NCBI GenBank assembly: GCA_043813875.1
Contig: JBDRKP010000050.1
Location: 1-18,668 of the forward strand
Length of the DNA stretch: 18,668 nucleotides
Source: an archaeon
GTDB taxonomy: Archaea > EX4484-52 > B79-G9
Direction: 5' to 3'
Shown here one piece after another: positions 15,640 through 18,668 of the stretch (position 1 is the first letter of the stretch; each line of letters begins with the position of its first letter). Position numbers and translations under genes: made by a program. The notes beneath the pieces were generated by a model that saw only the letters and a program-made list of their open reading frames with translations, did not search any database and had not been told where the DNA came from.

Positions 15640-16560
15640 ATGCAAATAATGCTTTTTGATGTCCTTGTTTATCCCGGCCTTTTGTTTATGGTGAGCGCAA
15701 GCCTCATCTATTCCGGGATAATTCGAAAGGTCGCGGCGCGGATGCAGCATCGTGTGGGGCCGCCGATCATCCAGCCTTTTTATGATACTATCAAGTTGTT
15801 TGCGAAGGAGAATATCACGCCTGATGGGGCAAAGGCCGGTTTTTCTTTCTGGCCTGTTGTCGCGATTGTCTCTGTCATCCTTGCAGGGCTTATGACGCCT
15901 GTCGCAGGGGGTGCGCCGCTTGGCGCGTCTGGGGATATCATCGTCCTGATCTATTTTCTTGCGCTTTCGTCTGCTGCCATGTATATCGCAGGGTTCTCGT
16001 CTTCCAACCCGTTCGCTTCTATGGGGGCGATAAGGGGTATCACGCAGATGATCGCTTATGAGCTGCCGTTCATCATCGCTATACTTGTGCCGATCATCGC
16101 GCTTTCAGGGAAGGTGAACTCACTTAGTGCCAGCGCTATCAATGGTTTCCAGGCAGGGAATGTATGGCTTATCCAATTGTATCCGCTGGCAGGTGTTGTG
16201 TTTCTTTTGACGCTGATCGCGAAGGTCGAGATGCCGCCTTTCCATACGCCTGCTGCTCACCAGGAGATTGTGGGCGGTTATAGTGCGGAATTTACTGGCT
16301 CGCGGCTCGCGATGATTGAGCTTACGCATATCGTCAAGACGTTTGTTGTTCTTTCGCTTGCTGTCGCGCTGTTTCTTGGGGGGGCCGTCACACTGCCTGT
16401 GTTTCTTTTGAAGACGCTCGGGCTGGTGTTTATATTGACGCTGCTTAGAGTTATCATGGCGCGACTGAGGATAGACCATATACTGGAATTCTACTGGTTG
16501 TTTGCGATTGTCGCCAGTGTCGATCTTATCAGGGTCATATTGGTGCCGGCGATGGTTTGA
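15640..16560 (+). CDS. Group 4 hydrogenase NuoH-like membrane subunit (MbhM/EchB-like)
   Basis: RKVAARMQHRVGPPIIQPFYDTIKLFAKE, PFHTPAAHQEIVGGYSAEFTG and ARLRID, with about 8 TM helices. Confidence 0.93.
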   Translation: MQIMLFDVLVYPGLLFMVSASLIYSGIIRKVAARMQHRVGPPIIQPFYDTIKLFAKENITPDGAKAGFSFWPVVAIVSVILAGLMTPVAGGAPLGASGDIIVLIYFLALSSAAMYIAGFSSSNPFASMGAIRGITQMIAYELPFIIAILVPIIALSGKVNSLSASAINGFQAGNVWLIQLYPLAGVVFLLTLIAKVEMPPFHTPAAHQEIVGGYSAEFTGSRLAMIELTHIVKTFVVLSLAVALFLGGAVTLPVFLLKTLGLVFILTLLRVIMARLRIDHILEFYWLFAIVASVDLIRVILVPAMV

Positions 16561-16573
16561 TTGGGGTTATGAT

Positions 16574-16900
16574 ATGAAGATTACTATCGAGTCATTGAAG
16601 AATGTTTTGAAGAAGCCGTTCACGCAGAGGTATCCCTATGAGAGGCCGATTGTACCTTCCCGGCTTCGCGGCAAGCACATATATAATAAAGAGAAGTGCA
16701 TTTTCTGCGGGCTGTGCGCGCGTTATTGCCCGTCAAATGCGATTGACGTGGACCGCGAGAAGAAGGAGTGGCAGGTCGATCTTGGAAAGTGTCTTTTCTG
16801 TGAGCAGTGCGCTGAGGTGTGCCCTACGAAGTGTCTTCTTCTGGGTACTGAGTTTGAGATTGCTGAGTCTGATAAAGGGAATTTTGTCCTGAAACATTGA
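16574..16900 (+). CDS. Group 4 hydrogenase 2x[4Fe-4S] NuoI-like subunit (MbhN/EchF-like)
   Basis: KKPFTQRYP...RG, CIFCGLCARYCP and CLFCEQCAEVCP. Start at ATG 16574 (MKITIE). Confidence 0.93.
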   Translation: MKITIESLKNVLKKPFTQRYPYERPIVPSRLRGKHIYNKEKCIFCGLCARYCPSNAIDVDREKKEWQVDLGKCLFCEQCAEVCPTKCLLLGTEFEIAESDKGNFVLKH

Positions 16901-16922
16901 GAAGATGTAAGATTTATTTGCA

Positions 16923-17288
16923 TTATCTGTCGTAGCCGGGTCTCGTGGCTTTTGTGGGCACGCTTATAAATTGTCTTGAGAGCAGACCTGTGAGGGCAAG
17001 TATTATCAGGCCGGCCACAAAGGAGAAGTAGGGGTCTCTTAAGAATTCGTTTCGAGAGGTCAATTCGTATATGCCGCGCCAGAATAGTATGACGCCTGTC
17101 GCGCCTGTGATCGTGAGGGTTATGTGCTTGAAGTATGAGAATTCGCGCCTTATCTCGCCTTCCAGCAGTGCCCTGAGTATGATAAGCTCTGATTTCAGGT
17201 GGCGTTTGAGATTCGCGTCTTTGACTCCCTGTATGTCTGATTCAAGATGCTTTATCTTCTCTATTATTTTTTTCTGGATATTTTTCAC
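16923..17288 (-). CDS. Small hypothetical membrane protein (N-terminal coiled coil, two C-terminal TM helices, FWRG motif)
   Basis: A 121-aa ORF starting 1 nt after the cdc6 stop, with hydrophobic segments ITLTITGATGVILFWRGI and FSFVAGLIILALTGLL. Confidence 0.7.
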   Translation of the reverse strand: MKNIQKKIIEKIKHLESDIQGVKDANLKRHLKSELIILRALLEGEIRREFSYFKHITLTITGATGVILFWRGIYELTSRNEFLRDPYFSFVAGLIILALTGLLSRQFISVPTKATRPGYDR

Positions 17289-17289
17289 C

Positions 17290-18501
17290 TCAGAGATAAA
17301 ATTCCTTTTTCAAGTAGTCCATCACGCGTGAATGTATGTCCTGTGAGATGGCTACGCCGATCTCTCTTGTGCGGCCGTATCTGCCTTTTGAGATGACTTT
17401 GGCGTTTATTATGCTTAGCATGTCGAGTTCTGTGATTATGTCGGATATGCGCCTTTGTGTGAGCGGTTTTAGTGATATTTGTGTGCAGATGTTAATATAT
17501 GTATCGTAGACTTCGCCTGTCAGTATCTTTTCTTTGGAGGTGCCGTCAAGGTGGGTGAATATGCTGCACATGACTGCTTTTGACTGCTTGGGCTGGGTCT
17601 TTACTACTTCCATTATGCGGTCCATGTCTACTTTGGATTCTGCAAGGTCTACGTGCTTTTCGGTTATCTGGGTGTCGTTGTTGCGTTCTGTGAGTTCGCC
17701 GGCTACTCTTAGGAGGTCGAGTGCGCGGCGGGCGTCGCCGTGTTCCTGGGCTGCGAGGGCTGCGCATTTGGCGATTACGCCTTCTTTTATCTTGTCGGGG
17801 TTGAATGAGATTTTTGCGCGGTCGTTTAGGATGTCCTGGAGCTGGACTGCGTTGTAGGGAGGAAATACCAGCTCTTCTTCTGAGAGGGCTGATTTTACGC
17901 GCGCGTCCATGTAGTCTGTGAATGAGAGGTTGTTTGATATGCCTATTATTGATATCTTTGTGTTTATGAGTTCCTGGTTTATGCGGGTGAGGTTGTATAG
18001 GAGTTCGTCGCCTACTTTTGATATGAGGGCGTCTATCTCGTCTATTATCAGGATTATGATACCTTTGCGCTGTTCGAGGGCCTCGAAGAATATCTTGTAT
18101 ACCTGATCTGTGGGGAGGCCTGTCGGCGGGACTTCTTTTCCGAGCATTGTCGCAAGGTAGGCAAGGAGGCGATATTCTGTGTCTGCGACGCGTTTCATCT
18201 TACAGTTGACGTACATTATGTGCAGGTCTGAGCCTGCTTTTTCTGCTGCCAATGATAGCTGGTTAGTGACGTATTGGGTTATGAGAGTTTTTCCTGTGCC
18301 GGTTCCTCCGTATATGAATATGTTTGATGGGCGGTCGTTTTTTAAGGCAGGGGCGAGTATCAGTCCCAGTTGATTTATCTGGTCGTCCCTGTGGGGCACG
18401 TCCTCGGGGGTGTATGAGATTGTGAGTACTTTCTTGTTGGTGAAAATCGGTTTCTTGTTCAGGTAATCGCTGAACAGATCCTGTATTGTTTTTTGTGTCA
18501 T
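17290..18501 (-). CDS. cdc6: Orc1/Cdc6 replication initiator
   Basis: YTPEDVPHRD, Walker A YGGTGTGKT, Walker B IIDEID, FPPYNA.QL.DIL, HGDARRALDLLR and the winged-helix C-terminus LDML..I......GRYGRT. Confidence 0.97.
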   Translation of the reverse strand: MTQKTIQDLFSDYLNKKPIFTNKKVLTISYTPEDVPHRDDQINQLGLILAPALKNDRPSNIFIYGGTGTGKTLITQYVTNQLSLAAEKAGSDLHIMYVNCKMKRVADTEYRLLAYLATMLGKEVPPTGLPTDQVYKIFFEALEQRKGIIILIIDEIDALISKVGDELLYNLTRINQELINTKISIIGISNNLSFTDYMDARVKSALSEEELVFPPYNAVQLQDILNDRAKISFNPDKIKEGVIAKCAALAAQEHGDARRALDLLRVAGELTERNNDTQITEKHVDLAESKVDMDRIMEVVKTQPKQSKAVMCSIFTHLDGTSKEKILTGEVYDTYINICTQISLKPLTQRRISDIITELDMLSIINAKVISKGRYGRTREIGVAISQDIHSRVMDYLKKEFYL

Positions 18502-18539
18502 TGTATCGTTCTCGTTTTTGCGTTTTAATTTTTTGTATA

Positions 18540-18560
18540 TCTCTATAGGAAATGAAGGTT
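18540..18560 (+). promoter_or_regulatory. Degenerate ORB-like element, inverted relative to the 18602 ORB
   Basis: TCTCTATAGGAAATGAAGGTT resembles the ORB consensus TTCCAnnnGAAAynAAGGGG. A further mini-ORB-like TTCTCATAGAAAT lies on the minus strand at 18568-18580. Confidence 0.45.
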
Positions 18561-18601
18561 TATATTGATTTCTATGAGAAGTCTAGGTTTATGGTGGACA
18601 C

Positions 18602-18622
18602 ACCCCTTGGTTTCGTGTGGAA
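18602..18622 (-). promoter_or_regulatory. Origin recognition box (ORB) of a probable oriC upstream of cdc6
   Basis: The minus strand reads TTCCACACGAAACCAAGGGGT, matching the archaeal ORB pattern TTCCAnnnGAAAC plus a G-string. It lies 100 bp upstream of cdc6 in AT-rich DNA. Confidence 0.8.
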
Positions 18623-18668
18623 TGTTGTTTTAAGGGTTTAAGGTTTGTGGTTATTATTGTGTTATATA

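Noticed and set aside
11459..16900. Complex I (Nuo) or Mbx/Mbs rather than a hydrogenase
   Set aside because: The large subunit keeps both CxxC Ni-binding motifs, which Nuo and Mbx/Mbs lack.

Overview
This is archaeal chromosomal DNA. The gene set, GGTGA ribosome-binding sites and TATA-box promoters support that; a DPANN-type lineage is plausible but is inference only. The left part holds housekeeping genes: dnaG, a DUF167/UPF0235 protein, a CBS + Zn-ribbon protein, hjc, a dUTPase-family gene and cdc48 with a charged insertion. The middle holds an unknown membrane protein, a geranylgeranyl-reductase-family flavoprotein and a heavily N-glycosylated Ig-like surface protein. The right part holds four genes of a group 4 (Mbh/Ech-like) membrane-bound [NiFe]-hydrogenase in K-L-M-N order, split by a beta-propeller surface-protein gene; the small subunit and antiporter subunits are not in the window. 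These are followed by a small membrane protein and cdc6/orc1 with ORB elements upstream (likely oriC). The most unusual signals are non-coding: (1) a structured RNA candidate with its own promoter and box C/D-like motifs at about 1775-1935; (2) a REP/REPIN-like doublet of inverted hairpins with compensatory changes at 6310-6427; (3) two mutually exclusive hairpins after the hydrogenase large subunit; (4) strand skew opposite to the bacterial convention relative to the putative origin.
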